From: a virus
Lineage: Duplodnaviria > Caudoviricetes
Strand: one strand, 5' to 3'
Length of the DNA stretch: 64,000 nt
Virus record (IMG/VR): IMGVR_UViG_3300031519_000015
Location: 9,208 to 73,207 of that record
Shown: positions 21,372 to 30,714 of the stretch, one piece after another
How the letters are laid out: the number at the start of each line of letters is the position of its first letter
Position numbering within the stretch: position 1 is the stretch's first letter
The notes under the pieces: generated by a model
Databases searched by the model: none
Told to the model about the DNA's origin: nothing
The model's input: the letters and a program-made list of their open reading frames with translations, nothing else
Position numbers and translations under genes: made by a program

Positions 21372-23569
21372 TGAATTCTGGAAATTTGCATACAAAAAGT
21401 GTTGAAAATCATGTATTTATAATACACGATGAAAAACTTATTAATAGAGGTGTAAGTTCTTTTTCGTTAAAAGGATTTAAGGAATTTAAAAAAACTCAGT
21501 TTTGCAAAGATCTTGCAAGTATGGATTACGCTATAGATGCTGACCACCCCGTTGGATTTGCCAACCAAGCAGGAACTGGAAAATATAAAAAGTTTGTAGA
21601 GGGTAGTGGATATGAAGAAGAGGTAGTGGATATAAATGCATTGGTAGGATGGCTTGAAGAATATGAAAATAGTCAGACATCAGAAAATATAGATAAAAGT
21701 CACGCACAAACCGATGATGCAGCGAATAAATTACAAGAAATTATTGAGTCGTTAGATTCTGAAGTTATTTTTGGAACTGTTTCTTTTCATATATATGATA
21801 TTGGGACTAGGAGAAACGATAGAACTCTTTCTAGTAGAAGCGCCCCTATGATTACTGATACGCCTCGCAGAAAAACTGGAGGTCGTTATCATTACGGCGC
21901 TACCAAACGTGAGCAAAAGAAAAACGCAAAACCAAAATTAGGGACGTATATAGATGTAATTTCTGTTGATATGGCTGACACGGAAAGCACAGTTACGGCT
22001 CCTTTAAAAATATCTTATAATGAAGCTTTGGGTTGTTATGATGCATCCAATCAATTATTAGCAAGACTTATTACTGATTTAAACCCAGCAGACATATCAG
22101 CTGTAAATTTTTCAGTCGATGATCTTTTAGGTACATATAAAGACGATAGAGATTTTTATACTCCCTCATCTGATAAATATATGGGTCAATTTGCTACTGG
22201 TCTAGCTTTGCCCCTAAGTGTTAAAGATGGTAATCCAAACGCATTTGGACCTAATTTGATTAAGGATCAAGAGGGAGAATATCTTCGCGTAGAAGCTATT
22301 CGTATTGTAAATAGATCTGACATTTCGTTCGATAAAGGTCAAGTTATATTATGCACTATGCTTGACGGTGAATGGATCGCTCAACAATTTGCTGGTAAAA
22401 TGGAGATACCCCCAGACAGGGCCAGTTTTGGCGGGTGGGGATTTTCTATGTTTGCTGCGAATAGTCAACAATACTTTATTGACCAAGATAATAACGAACT
22501 AGTTACTCCAGCTCAGGTGTTATCTAAACTTAAAGCTAGATTTTTTCATTCAGCTAAAAATATAGCAGGTGTAAGTCAAAAAATGTGTAACGATAATGGA
22601 GCATTTAATGCTAACATTACACTGTCTACTTATGCTCAATTTACTAGCATGGATTTATCTTCAGGCTCAACAGGACATTCAGGCGCAGACTACTTACATA
22701 GAGTTAATGTTGATCAAGATGAAGAAGGAAATGTTTTTGGAGATAATACGGAGATGGGGCTTTGGTGGGGACCAAGCTTTCCTGACGGTTATAATGATGG
22801 ATCAATGCAAACACCAGCAGATATCGGCATTCTTGGTGATTATCCCAGCAGTTCTCAATCTGATCAATTTCCAATAGAGGATGCTATTTCAATAGTAACG
22901 GCTTGTAATTCAAAAGATAATATGGCGAAAAAAATTAATGATATTAGTGTTGGAAGATTATATAGAAACGGAACAGGGCGTAGCTTTTGGGCAAAAGAAG
23001 GCGGTGTTGATGGAAATTTTGTTGGGAAGATACAATGGCCCATTATCACTGATTCAGTTCCCACCACCTCTGACGATAATACCACTAGCAGCTCCAGCAG
23101 CAGCAGTAGCAGCAGTAGCAGCTCCAGCACTAGCACTAGCAGCAGTAGTAGTAGTAGTAGTACATCTCTATCGCCAGAAGGTCCAGCAGTACCGACAACC
23201 ACACCATCTCCAGATATTCTTTCAACGCCAGAACCAGCAACGACAACACCAACACCGGGAACAACAACAACTCCTCGACCAATTATTATAATTGACCACG
23301 AGACTTATGTAAATGATCCTACAACTACTCAGACAACAGGCACAACAGGTACAACAACAACAATTCCACTAATAACCACGAGGTCTCCAATAACGGGTAA
23401 TGACAGTGATGACATAAATAAAACACACAAAGAAACCGGCTACATAACTTCCAAACCGCCGGATGTTCAAGACAATAACAAGGCGGACACCATAGAGAAG
23501 ATGGATGAAAACGATCCAGAACCCGACGAAAGAGGATTAATGATACCAGAAGATCCAACTGAAGATTAA
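21359..23569 (+). CDS. Putative structural protein with a mucin-like Ser/Thr/Pro-rich C-terminal region
   Basis: ORF track. Poly-Ser (SSSSSSSSSSSSSSTSTSSSSSSSSTS), then PTTTP/TTTTPRP repeats and an acidic end. Likely start is MNSG at 21371 (TAATG overlap). Confidence 0.55.
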   Translation: MENIMNSGNLHTKSVENHVFIIHDEKLINRGVSSFSLKGFKEFKKTQFCKDLASMDYAIDADHPVGFANQAGTGKYKKFVEGSGYEEEVVDINALVGWLEEYENSQTSENIDKSHAQTDDAANKLQEIIESLDSEVIFGTVSFHIYDIGTRRNDRTLSSRSAPMITDTPRRKTGGRYHYGATKREQKKNAKPKLGTYIDVISVDMADTESTVTAPLKISYNEALGCYDASNQLLARLITDLNPADISAVNFSVDDLLGTYKDDRDFYTPSSDKYMGQFATGLALPLSVKDGNPNAFGPNLIKDQEGEYLRVEAIRIVNRSDISFDKGQVILCTMLDGEWIAQQFAGKMEIPPDRASFGGWGFSMFAANSQQYFIDQDNNELVTPAQVLSKLKARFFHSAKNIAGVSQKMCNDNGAFNANITLSTYAQFTSMDLSSGSTGHSGADYLHRVNVDQDEEGNVFGDNTEMGLWWGPSFPDGYNDGSMQTPADIGILGDYPSSSQSDQFPIEDAISIVTACNSKDNMAKKINDISVGRLYRNGTGRSFWAKEGGVDGNFVGKIQWPIITDSVPTTSDDNTTSSSSSSSSSSSSSSTSTSSSSSSSSTSLSPEGPAVPTTTPSPDILSTPEPATTTPTPGTTTTPRPIIIIDHETYVNDPTTTQTTGTTGTTTTIPLITTRSPITGNDSDDINKTHKETGYITSKPPDVQDNNKADTIEKMDENDPEPDERGLMIPEDPTED
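23081..23165 (+). repeat. Imperfect AGC/AGT trinucleotide repeat tract encoding poly-Ser
   Basis: accactagcagctccagcagcagcagtagcagcagtagcagctccagcactagcactagcagcagtagtagtagtagtagtaca read directly. Confidence 0.9.
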
Positions 23570-23607
23570 TAAAAACCTATAGATATTAAATTTTAAAAGG
23601 ATAAGAC

Positions 23608-25185
23608 ATGAGTTTTCCAACATACGCTAACGGCGATATTATTTATGAAGGTATGGCTACTAGTGCTAAAGTCCCAGCTGATAGGAGTAGATTGAGTTTT
23701 GTTCCATGTCCAATAGAATGGTATGCTGGATTTGACACTAATGCTATAAGAGCTAATTTGACTGAGGGATTTCTTACTTGGGGGAAATCTAGAGCTTTTA
23801 GAGAACATGCTGGAAACTTGGCAGTAGCCCCGCCAAGTTTATTCGGTCAGGATACAGATATAGACTATAATGGTAAATTTTTTGCAAGAAATTCTAATGT
23901 CGTTAATTCTGCTGGAGCGCCTATAGCTGGAAGTGTATATAAAAACCCAACATCAATAACTGGTTTAAAATATGATTTGTTTATTAGAACGAAACCAAAG
24001 CAAGTTGGACCAATGGGTGTGTTGCCTTGCTTTAGAAGCACGGGAGGAGTACAGGAGGGATCTAATTGTGTCGGAATTATTTCTGCTAGACAAAGAGTTT
24101 ATAAATCCGGCGGTGGAACTTTATCAATAGCAATTCAGTCTGTGTTCGGGGTTATGGGTTTTCAAATTAACGTTGGGACAAATAGGACAATGAGTGCGGG
24201 GGGAATTGGTTCGGCAGCTGGTGGACTGAATTTTACAACGAACACCTTCGTGCAACCTAAAACCATATATGATCCTTATTGGGGTAATGCAAGCACGAGA
24301 ATTGACGCTTTGGGAACCACATCTCTAAGAGTACAGGCTTGGGATGCTTGGCCTCAAGCCTTAACCGTGTTTATACCACAGTATTACGTGCCACTTCATT
24401 TTAATCCGGGTGTACTGGGAAGTAAGTCAAATGTAGAGGTCTTTAGTTGTGACATGCCAACACCTAGCAAAAAAGAGAGTCCCGAAGGCGAAGCCACACC
24501 TCAAGCAGTAGGTTTTGTTGTGACTGATCAAACAACTGACTTGGAACTAATAGACTCTAGACAATGGGATATAGATACTAGTAGGCGAGGTATGCTTGTT
24601 ACTGGTGGATTAAAATATACTGAAAGAACTGTAGGTTTTAATAAAACAGAAGCTGAAGTAAGAGTTGCAGGAAAAGGTTATTCTACAGGAGACATATTAG
24701 AAAATAGATCACAGAAAGTACAAATCGTTGTCACTTCTATAACTGACGGTGGGGTTAGTGGTTGGGACTTTTACAAAGACGCGCAAGATAATGATTTAAG
24801 TGGTTCAGGTTTAAGCCGTGCTACTTTTGAAAACGGTGGACCAACGTTATCCTTTCCAAAATCTGGAGCCTCGCAGACATGCTTAATTAAGTTTAAGCAA
24901 GGGGTTGTAAAGGAAGATATTAAAGTTGAAGGTCCACAACTACATATTCCCGGTCAGTTACTAACACCTCCAGCTCGTGGTGATCATGGTACGCTGGGAG
25001 CAGCCCCACTAAGTATAACTAGCAAAAGCGTTACTTTACCTAATAATCCAGACGCTCCAGAACCCGGAGCTTTTGATCTGTTTTATCATTTTCAGAGTGA
25101 TCCAGCGGCAAACCCTAGAAATTATGGGTTATCTGGTGTCAGTAACGGCGAAGATATTAAGCACGTAACTATCACTGTATCATAA
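23608..25185 (+). CDS. Putative structural protein, 525 aa
   Basis: RBS aaaagga; Gly/Thr-rich beta-type sequence in the structural block. Confidence 0.45.
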   Translation: MSFPTYANGDIIYEGMATSAKVPADRSRLSFVPCPIEWYAGFDTNAIRANLTEGFLTWGKSRAFREHAGNLAVAPPSLFGQDTDIDYNGKFFARNSNVVNSAGAPIAGSVYKNPTSITGLKYDLFIRTKPKQVGPMGVLPCFRSTGGVQEGSNCVGIISARQRVYKSGGGTLSIAIQSVFGVMGFQINVGTNRTMSAGGIGSAAGGLNFTTNTFVQPKTIYDPYWGNASTRIDALGTTSLRVQAWDAWPQALTVFIPQYYVPLHFNPGVLGSKSNVEVFSCDMPTPSKKESPEGEATPQAVGFVVTDQTTDLELIDSRQWDIDTSRRGMLVTGGLKYTERTVGFNKTEAEVRVAGKGYSTGDILENRSQKVQIVVTSITDGGVSGWDFYKDAQDNDLSGSGLSRATFENGGPTLSFPKSGASQTCLIKFKQGVVKEDIKVEGPQLHIPGQLLTPPARGDHGTLGAAPLSITSKSVTLPNNPDAPEPGAFDLFYHFQSDPAANPRNYGLSGVSNGEDIKHVTITVS

Positions 25186-25189
25186 ATTT

Positions 25190-25203
25190 GGTGTATATAT
25201 AGT
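25190..25203 (+). promoter_or_regulatory. Candidate phage promoter motif GGTGTATATATAGT
   Basis: Intergenic, 30 nt upstream of the 25234 start and ahead of RBS aggag. Near-identical to the motif at 58797-58811. Confidence 0.4.
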
Positions 25204-25233
25204 AGACAACCCTCGAAAATAGGAGATATTTCA

Positions 25234-25995
25234 ATGGCTCAGATACTATTTCTTGCAAATTTATCATCTGCAACCGAACAAGCTAAAACCATTAATCACA
25301 CAGCTGGTAGTGGTATTGGCTTTTATGGTAGCGACTTTGCAGTTTCTATACCTATTGGAACGCAAAATCAAAAGACTTTTGTTACTGACGCAAACGGCGT
25401 AAATCAAGGTGTAGCTTTAAATAATACTAGTTACGCCAACGACTCAGATAATAGAGGTCGTAACCCCGGTCAAGCATCAATTTCTGATGGTGGTATAGTT
25501 GAACTTAATCAGGTTGCTAACAAAGATACTCCTTTAAATATTAGATTTAAACATGACTCTGCTGTCAAATGCCAAAATCCAAAATTAAGAGTATTTGATA
25601 GAAATAATATTAATAATCATGCTTCGGGCGTTGTTACTTATGCTTATGAGGTCAGACATCCAGCTTTGGAAAACACTTCTGATGGAGCGCTGGCACATAG
25701 AAGTACAGATTTTTCAGATCATAAATGGTTTGTTTTTGAAAAAGGTGTCCGCATGTTAGACTCTGATACGGGAAATAATGTCGTAGAAGACATGCCTTTA
25801 ACACAGTCTCCGGGTCTTAGCGGCCTTAACACTTCTATTGGAGACAATAAATTAAACGGAGTTGCCCAAGCCACAACTCTGGGAGCGTCACATAATTCTC
25901 TTCAGCACGATTGGTATCTTGCTCTTAGTTCTGAGCCAACTGAAATTGGGGCTAAGACGCAGTACGGATTATACTTTAGCGTAGAGTATTTATAA
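25234..25995 (+). CDS. Hypothetical (probably virion) protein, 253 aa
   Basis: RBS ataggag; last gene of the + strand block. Confidence 0.5.
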   Translation: MAQILFLANLSSATEQAKTINHTAGSGIGFYGSDFAVSIPIGTQNQKTFVTDANGVNQGVALNNTSYANDSDNRGRNPGQASISDGGIVELNQVANKDTPLNIRFKHDSAVKCQNPKLRVFDRNNINNHASGVVTYAYEVRHPALENTSDGALAHRSTDFSDHKWFVFEKGVRMLDSDTGNNVVEDMPLTQSPGLSGLNTSIGDNKLNGVAQATTLGASHNSLQHDWYLALSSEPTEIGAKTQYGLYFSVEYL

Positions 25996-26025
25996 AAAAA
26001 GAGGGGCGATTTCTCGCCCCCCTCT
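25991..26025 (-). terminator. Rho-independent terminator at the convergence of the two gene blocks
   Basis: GC-rich inverted repeat agaggggcga-tttc-tcgcccccctct (2-nt bulge) next to an A7 tract, which reads as a U-tract on the minus strand. Confidence 0.75.
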
Positions 26026-26058
26026 AGCTGAAAGAATAATAGAGTTTCCTATATCTTA

Positions 26059-26391
26059 TTATTCTACAGTCTTAGTCTTTGGATTCCACTTTTGCCACCC
26101 ATTGTCTGGTAGCCATGTGTCTCCATCTTTACGCTTAGGGAAGAGTCCTCCACCCTTCTTCATAGAACCAAACGCTAATTTAGCTCCGCAGTCTACGCAG
26201 CGAAGTTCAAAGTATTCGTTCTCGTCTACAGTTCTGACAACAAATTTTATATTTTCAGAACCACACTTTCCACATTTGCCCTCTTCAAATACTTCTTGAA
26301 ACTTTGCAATCTGTGCAAAAAGTTCCCTATGCGTATCTGCTTCAAACTCTGCTGTAATTCTTTGATTGGCTGTTGTATATTTTAATTTCAT
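26059..26391 (-). CDS. Small zinc-ribbon protein, 110 aa
   Basis: Two CxxC pairs (CGKCG, CVDCG). Confidence 0.55.
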   Translation of the reverse strand: MKLKYTTANQRITAEFEADTHRELFAQIAKFQEVFEEGKCGKCGSENIKFVVRTVDENEYFELRCVDCGAKLAFGSMKKGGGLFPKRKDGDTWLPDNGWQKWNPKTKTVE

Positions 26392-27156
26392 TTAATTTCT
26401 CCACTCTTCGTTATAGCCTATAATTTCTTCTGGAATAGAACTCTTGTCCCGCTGATAGTCATTGAGAACATCAATAACGTCACTAGCTACTTTCTTAGAT
26501 ACTTTCTTTCTTTGATCTACATTAAATATATCCTTAAACAACTTAGCACCATTGATCTTTAGTTGCTTACACTTAATGTCAATAAAATTAAGCTGTGCAT
26601 CACTCATTCTGCCTTGATCATTGTAGTCTCCTGAGCTGCTTGACTGCTGCTTAGAAATATCTCTAACAATCTTAGCTGTGTCTTTCTTTGTCAATTCTTC
26701 TGCTGCAACACCCCTGATCTTTAATACCTTCCTCAAGGCTCTAGCTTCAGCACGGGTGCTTGCAATAGCTACAGCAAAAGCGCAAAAAGTGTCATCAGTA
26801 TTACCTTCCCAAGAGTCAGCAACCTCCGCACACTTGATTCCATTTGCAAACTCTACTGTAAATACTACTGTGGCTCTACCATGATGATCATCTCTATCTG
26901 TTGGTTTTACCCACGTTGGACCACTAAATGACATAGGACCAAGAACTAGCTCACAAACTCTACGTAAGCCAGCAACTAACGGGTGTCCATTAACTAGTTC
27001 GTTCTCTTCAAATAGTGTCATAGCATAATCATGCCACTCTGGAGACAACATAGAGGGTATATCCTCATTAACCACATTTTTAACTGATGTGTCAGTATTT
27101 GAAGGCGTTTGCAATTCTTCTACTCCTGCGAAAAGGTTTTCTTCAGTATCAAACAT
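26392..27156 (-). CDS. ssDNA-annealing protein, Rad52/Sak/Erf-like fold
   Basis: GRATVVFTVEF...CAEVADS...AIASTRAEARALRKVL resembles the conserved core of phage annealing proteins; C-terminal MSDAQLNFI helical module. Confidence 0.5.
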   Translation of the reverse strand: MFDTEENLFAGVEELQTPSNTDTSVKNVVNEDIPSMLSPEWHDYAMTLFEENELVNGHPLVAGLRRVCELVLGPMSFSGPTWVKPTDRDDHHGRATVVFTVEFANGIKCAEVADSWEGNTDDTFCAFAVAIASTRAEARALRKVLKIRGVAAEELTKKDTAKIVRDISKQQSSSSGDYNDQGRMSDAQLNFIDIKCKQLKINGAKLFKDIFNVDQRKKVSKKVASDVIDVLNDYQRDKSSIPEEIIGYNEEWRN

Positions 27157-27166
27157 ATTGTTCCTT

Positions 27167-27934
27167 TCATGCTTCTATTTCAATGTAACGCTTTGACTTG
27201 GTAGGAAATTTAGACTCAATTGACTTTAGCATAGTTACTAAATTATTTTTAAGACTTTCTCTGCTACTAAGACATAAAGCGTCTGCAAGATTCTTTACTC
27301 TTATTATAATAAAACCCTTACTCAAAATCAAGCCCGTTTTATGAGCGTCTGCTTTTATTTGTTTTTGCAGTTTCTCTTCTCCCCATATGGGCATAAAATG
27401 AGAGGGACCATCTATTTCTATTATAGTCTTCATCTCTGGAAAGTACATATCAATTTCTAAATTCTCATTTGGAATTAGGTTCTTTTTATGTGTTTCTATT
27501 GTATATCCTTCTCTAGATATTTCTTCTCTTAAAAACTTTTCAAGCTTAGAACCCTCTTTCCCCGCCGTTCTGATAGCTTTCATAGCTGCTTGAGACATGT
27601 TCTTTTTTTCCTGCTCAGGCATGTCGCTCCACCTTTTTTTAGCTCTTTTAACGTGTTCGTCATATGCTTCTTTGTCTATATTGTCCCAACGCTTCTTTAG
27701 GCTAGAACTAATTTTTAATCGCTCCTCTTTAGTCCTTGTCTTGCCTTGTGTTGGTAATTGAGATTTACCATTACTCAAAGCATTCTTTTGAGCTTGGCTT
27801 TTAGTTTTTAGCTGTATACCATGCTTAACAAGTATTCTACGTATCTTATTTGGATATGTATTATACATATTAGCTAGGTCATATGTGCTTTTATTATTAT
27901 CTATATATTGTTTTACTATTTCTTTTTCATTCAT
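27167..27934 (-). CDS. Free-standing Vsr-like/DUF559 (EDxHD-type) endonuclease with an N-terminal HTH and basic helical region
   Basis: STYDLANMYNTYPNKIRRILVKHGI (HTH-like); EIDMYF...IEIDGPSHF...KADAHK...GFIIIRV (Vsr/DUF559 motif). Confidence 0.65.
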   Translation of the reverse strand: MNEKEIVKQYIDNNKSTYDLANMYNTYPNKIRRILVKHGIQLKTKSQAQKNALSNGKSQLPTQGKTRTKEERLKISSSLKKRWDNIDKEAYDEHVKRAKKRWSDMPEQEKKNMSQAAMKAIRTAGKEGSKLEKFLREEISREGYTIETHKKNLIPNENLEIDMYFPEMKTIIEIDGPSHFMPIWGEEKLQKQIKADAHKTGLILSKGFIIIRVKNLADALCLSSRESLKNNLVTMLKSIESKFPTKSKRYIEIEA

Positions 27935-28382
27935 TGTTTGATTCCATTATAAAGTTAATAGTGTTCTTTAGTGTGGGAGAGTATCCTATTGATTGTCTGC
28001 CAGTAACTCTATGAAAGTCTTCTGCCATTTCTTTAGAATAACATATTGTTTTAACATCGTTTTCCTCTAAAATCTTAAGTGTTGCTAGCAAATTTTTGTC
28101 ACCCCATCCGTAACCGAGGTACAAGTCAATGCCGTTAACTATATTTCTTACCTTTATTGCAGATTGTATAGAGAGTGTCAGTAAGTGTCCTTTAAAATTC
28201 CAAAGCTCAGAAGCATGAAATAAACCGCAAGGTAAATCGCACTCAATCGCAGATATCTGATCGTAAAATATACTTGCATCTACAATAAGTTTTTCGTCTA
28301 AACCCCTTTTAAGCTCATCACATACATTTTGTGCTAATTCTGGTGGCGCAAGACTGTTTATATATATACCAAAGTTTATCAT
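27927..28382 (-). CDS. Hypothetical protein in the glycosylation cluster
   Basis: Overlapping-coupled ORF in the glycosyltransferase operon. Confidence 0.45.
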   Translation of the reverse strand: MINFGIYINSLAPPELAQNVCDELKRGLDEKLIVDASIFYDQISAIECDLPCGLFHASELWNFKGHLLTLSIQSAIKVRNIVNGIDLYLGYGWGDKNLLATLKILEENDVKTICYSKEMAEDFHRVTGRQSIGYSPTLKNTINFIMESNNE

Positions 28383-29173
28383 TTAATTAACTCCTTATCT
28401 TCTCTGTCATTTAATTTTTCTGCGCCTATAAATAGATTTTTGTACTGAAGACATTCTGAAACATAAAAATAAAATCTTTCCATAGCGTGTTCTACATTTC
28501 CGTCTTCTCTATAATAGCTTTCAAAAAATGTTTCATGTATGCACTGATGTGACAATTTTACCACTGGCCTTCTTGCCAAAAACATATTTCCAGCAGTAAA
28601 ATACGGGTTCAAGTTGTCAGCATTAATGAAGCCAGTATCAGACAGGAGAATGTACTGCAACTCTCTAAACCAAGTGAGCGTATGTCTTGCTTGCATTATC
28701 TTTAGTCTACTAGAATAGTTTTTTGTTTTAGATAGATTTGTAAGATCTTCTTCGGCTATTAATCTATGATGATATCTTGAATCCCCTGACGATATCATTC
28801 CGTTATTATCGTTTAGTAAAGCTTTTTCAATGTCCTCATATTCTAGTATAGGATCTAATATTTGGTCCAACCAATCTATTCTTTTTATAGTTTTATCATG
28901 ACAATACAAAATCCAAGGCGTGTCTAATTGGTTTTTTTTAAAACTTGTATAAAATCCATACTGATCATTACCCTTGTTTTTAATTGTGACAATATTTACT
29001 GTTTTAAATTTAGTTTTAGCGTGTGATTCAATTTCATCGTTATACTCACCATTTTCATTAAAAGAAATATATAATTGTCCGTTAAAATTATTCGCTATTT
29101 TATCTAGAAGATATATTGAGGGGTCTTTGTAAAATAGATGCATATGCACCGAAACTAGTTCTTTATCTAACAT
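28379..29173 (-). CDS. Rhamnan synthesis protein F (RgpF)-like protein
   Basis: HMHLFY, NKGNDQ, YCHDK, FTAGNMFLAR and EHAMERF match my recollection of the RgpF-family motif order (HlhY, NrGrD, lHtK, FpAGtMFwaR, aHAiER). Confidence 0.6.
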   Translation of the reverse strand: MLDKELVSVHMHLFYKDPSIYLLDKIANNFNGQLYISFNENGEYNDEIESHAKTKFKTVNIVTIKNKGNDQYGFYTSFKKNQLDTPWILYCHDKTIKRIDWLDQILDPILEYEDIEKALLNDNNGMISSGDSRYHHRLIAEEDLTNLSKTKNYSSRLKIMQARHTLTWFRELQYILLSDTGFINADNLNPYFTAGNMFLARRPVVKLSHQCIHETFFESYYREDGNVEHAMERFYFYVSECLQYKNLFIGAEKLNDREDKELIK

Positions 29174-29867
29174 TTAGTAACTCCATTCCCGCTACATTGA
29201 AACTTCCATGAAAACCAAAAGATTTATAAGTTTTGATATCGTTGTAATTAAAAGGTTTAATAGATGAAGAATGTTCTACTGAAAACTTATATGCTAAATT
29301 AATATCAGGAAACTTAATTCCTGAATCAACTAATTTTTGATAATGATTAAAACACATGAACCAATCTTCTGGAGTTATTGGCATGTCTATTGCTTGTCGG
29401 GGTGCTAACCAAGTGCAATCTTTAGGGTCGGGGCTATATTTGTATTTAGAACATTCACTTAAAAACTTTTTGCTTCTTAAAGAAAACCCTCCATTTCCTA
29501 CGGTATTGTCAAGTCCGTTTGTTATCCAAGGAGATCCAATGTAGTCGTATTCAAAAAATTGATCCTTCCACCTTTTACCGTCTATAACGTATCCATCCCA
29601 TTGAACGATTAGGCAATAGTCTGTGTCTATGTAGCTGTGCAAATCTTCTATGCAGATTCTATTGTACTCTTCTAAAGTAATCTTATTTTTGACTGTTTTC
29701 TTTTCTATACTTGAAGGTATTTTTTTACACAGGTCACTTTCTTCTGTAATGACTAAGCTTTTACCAAACACGCATTGACTCATGGAATACTCCATAGCCT
29801 TTATAGTTGTTAGTAATTTGTCTTGATGACAAACTGACACTAAGGTTACATTATCTAATTTTTGCAT
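29163..29867 (-). CDS. DUF5672-family (GT-A-like) protein
   Basis: TDYCLIVQWDGYVI...YDYIGSPW...VGNGGFSLRSKK signature. Confidence 0.75.
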   Translation of the reverse strand: MQKLDNVTLVSVCHQDKLLTTIKAMEYSMSQCVFGKSLVITEESDLCKKIPSSIEKKTVKNKITLEEYNRICIEDLHSYIDTDYCLIVQWDGYVIDGKRWKDQFFEYDYIGSPWITNGLDNTVGNGGFSLRSKKFLSECSKYKYSPDPKDCTWLAPRQAIDMPITPEDWFMCFNHYQKLVDSGIKFPDINLAYKFSVEHSSSIKPFNYNDIKTYKSFGFHGSFNVAGMELLNVR

Positions 29868-30714
29868 TTTTTGGTATCTGTGAGAGTAATGTTTTAGCCC
29901 TATTATTACATGTGTGTTTTTCTAGAACCTTGTTTTTTATTTCTGTAAAGTCTTCTATTTTATTTGGGGAAGAGTAATTTAAAGAATTACTAACTTTAAA
30001 CATCTTTTCTATAATTGCATCCATTTTATCAGATTTATCTTTATCATGCAAATCGTAATAAGTTTTCTTTCCCATCGCTAATGACTCAAAAAAAGATTGA
30101 GGTATATATTTATCAAAATTTTGAAATATAATTTCATTGTAATGGCTAAACGAGGCTTTCATCATATGAACTGGAAGAATGATATCTACAACTTTAGAAA
30201 GATTTGTGTTTGACGACATAACGTGAAAAGTAGAATTATACCTTCTAATTTTTTCTGAATCAGTGGTAACAATAATCGCTTTATCTATATTATAATCAAC
30301 GCCTATATCGTTATCTAAATTTAAATCTACAGCTTCCATAATTCTTAATATTTTTATTTTCTTTGTGAAAGGTATATATCCATCAACAACGTTTGTTATA
30401 AAGAATGGACAGCTTACTTTAGCCTCAAGTAATATGGTTTCTAGTTCCAAAATTTCACTGTTTTGACTGTTAGATACTGACAATATTAATTGTATATTTT
30501 TATTTTCCGACAAATATAGTAGTGCGTCTTTAGAAAATTTGTTTGAAGAAGTAATATAACAATCAGGTTCATTCCTATCCATAAAATCAAATAAACTCAT
30601 TGTTCTTTCAGTGATAGTAACACATTCATGTTCTTCACAATCGTCTATACATTTCTGTATATACAAAGCTTGAGAACTATGGTAATCTGCGTAATTGTCT
30701 ATTACAAATTTCAT
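29851..30714 (-). CDS. Glycosyltransferase-like protein (GT-B/CgeB-like C-terminus)
   Basis: C-terminal FFESLAMG...KHTCNNRAKTLL resembles CgeB-type ends; operon context. Confidence 0.4.
   Translation of the reverse strand: MKFVIDNYADYHSSQALYIQKCIDDCEEHECVTITERTMSLFDFMDRNEPDCYITSSNKFSKDALLYLSENKNIQLILSVSNSQNSEILELETILLEAKVSCPFFITNVVDGYIPFTKKIKILRIMEAVDLNLDNDIGVDYNIDKAIIVTTDSEKIRRYNSTFHVMSSNTNLSKVVDIILPVHMMKASFSHYNEIIFQNFDKYIPQSFFESLAMGKKTYYDLHDKDKSDKMDAIIEKMFKVSNSLNYSSPNKIEDFTEIKNKVLEKHTCNNRAKTLLSQIPKNAKIR

Noticed and set aside
264-22877. Numerous 60-137-aa alternative-frame and antisense ORFs inside the large structural genes
   Set aside because: Fully nested in long ORFs, without RBS or recognisable motifs; expected by chance.
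23081-23165. Possible CRISPR array
   Set aside because: Trinucleotide microsatellite inside a coding frame; no repeat-spacer structure and no cas operon.
22864-23202. Minus-strand ORF with a poly-Leu, TM-like stretch
   Set aside because: Antisense shadow of the AGC/AGT poly-Ser repeat.
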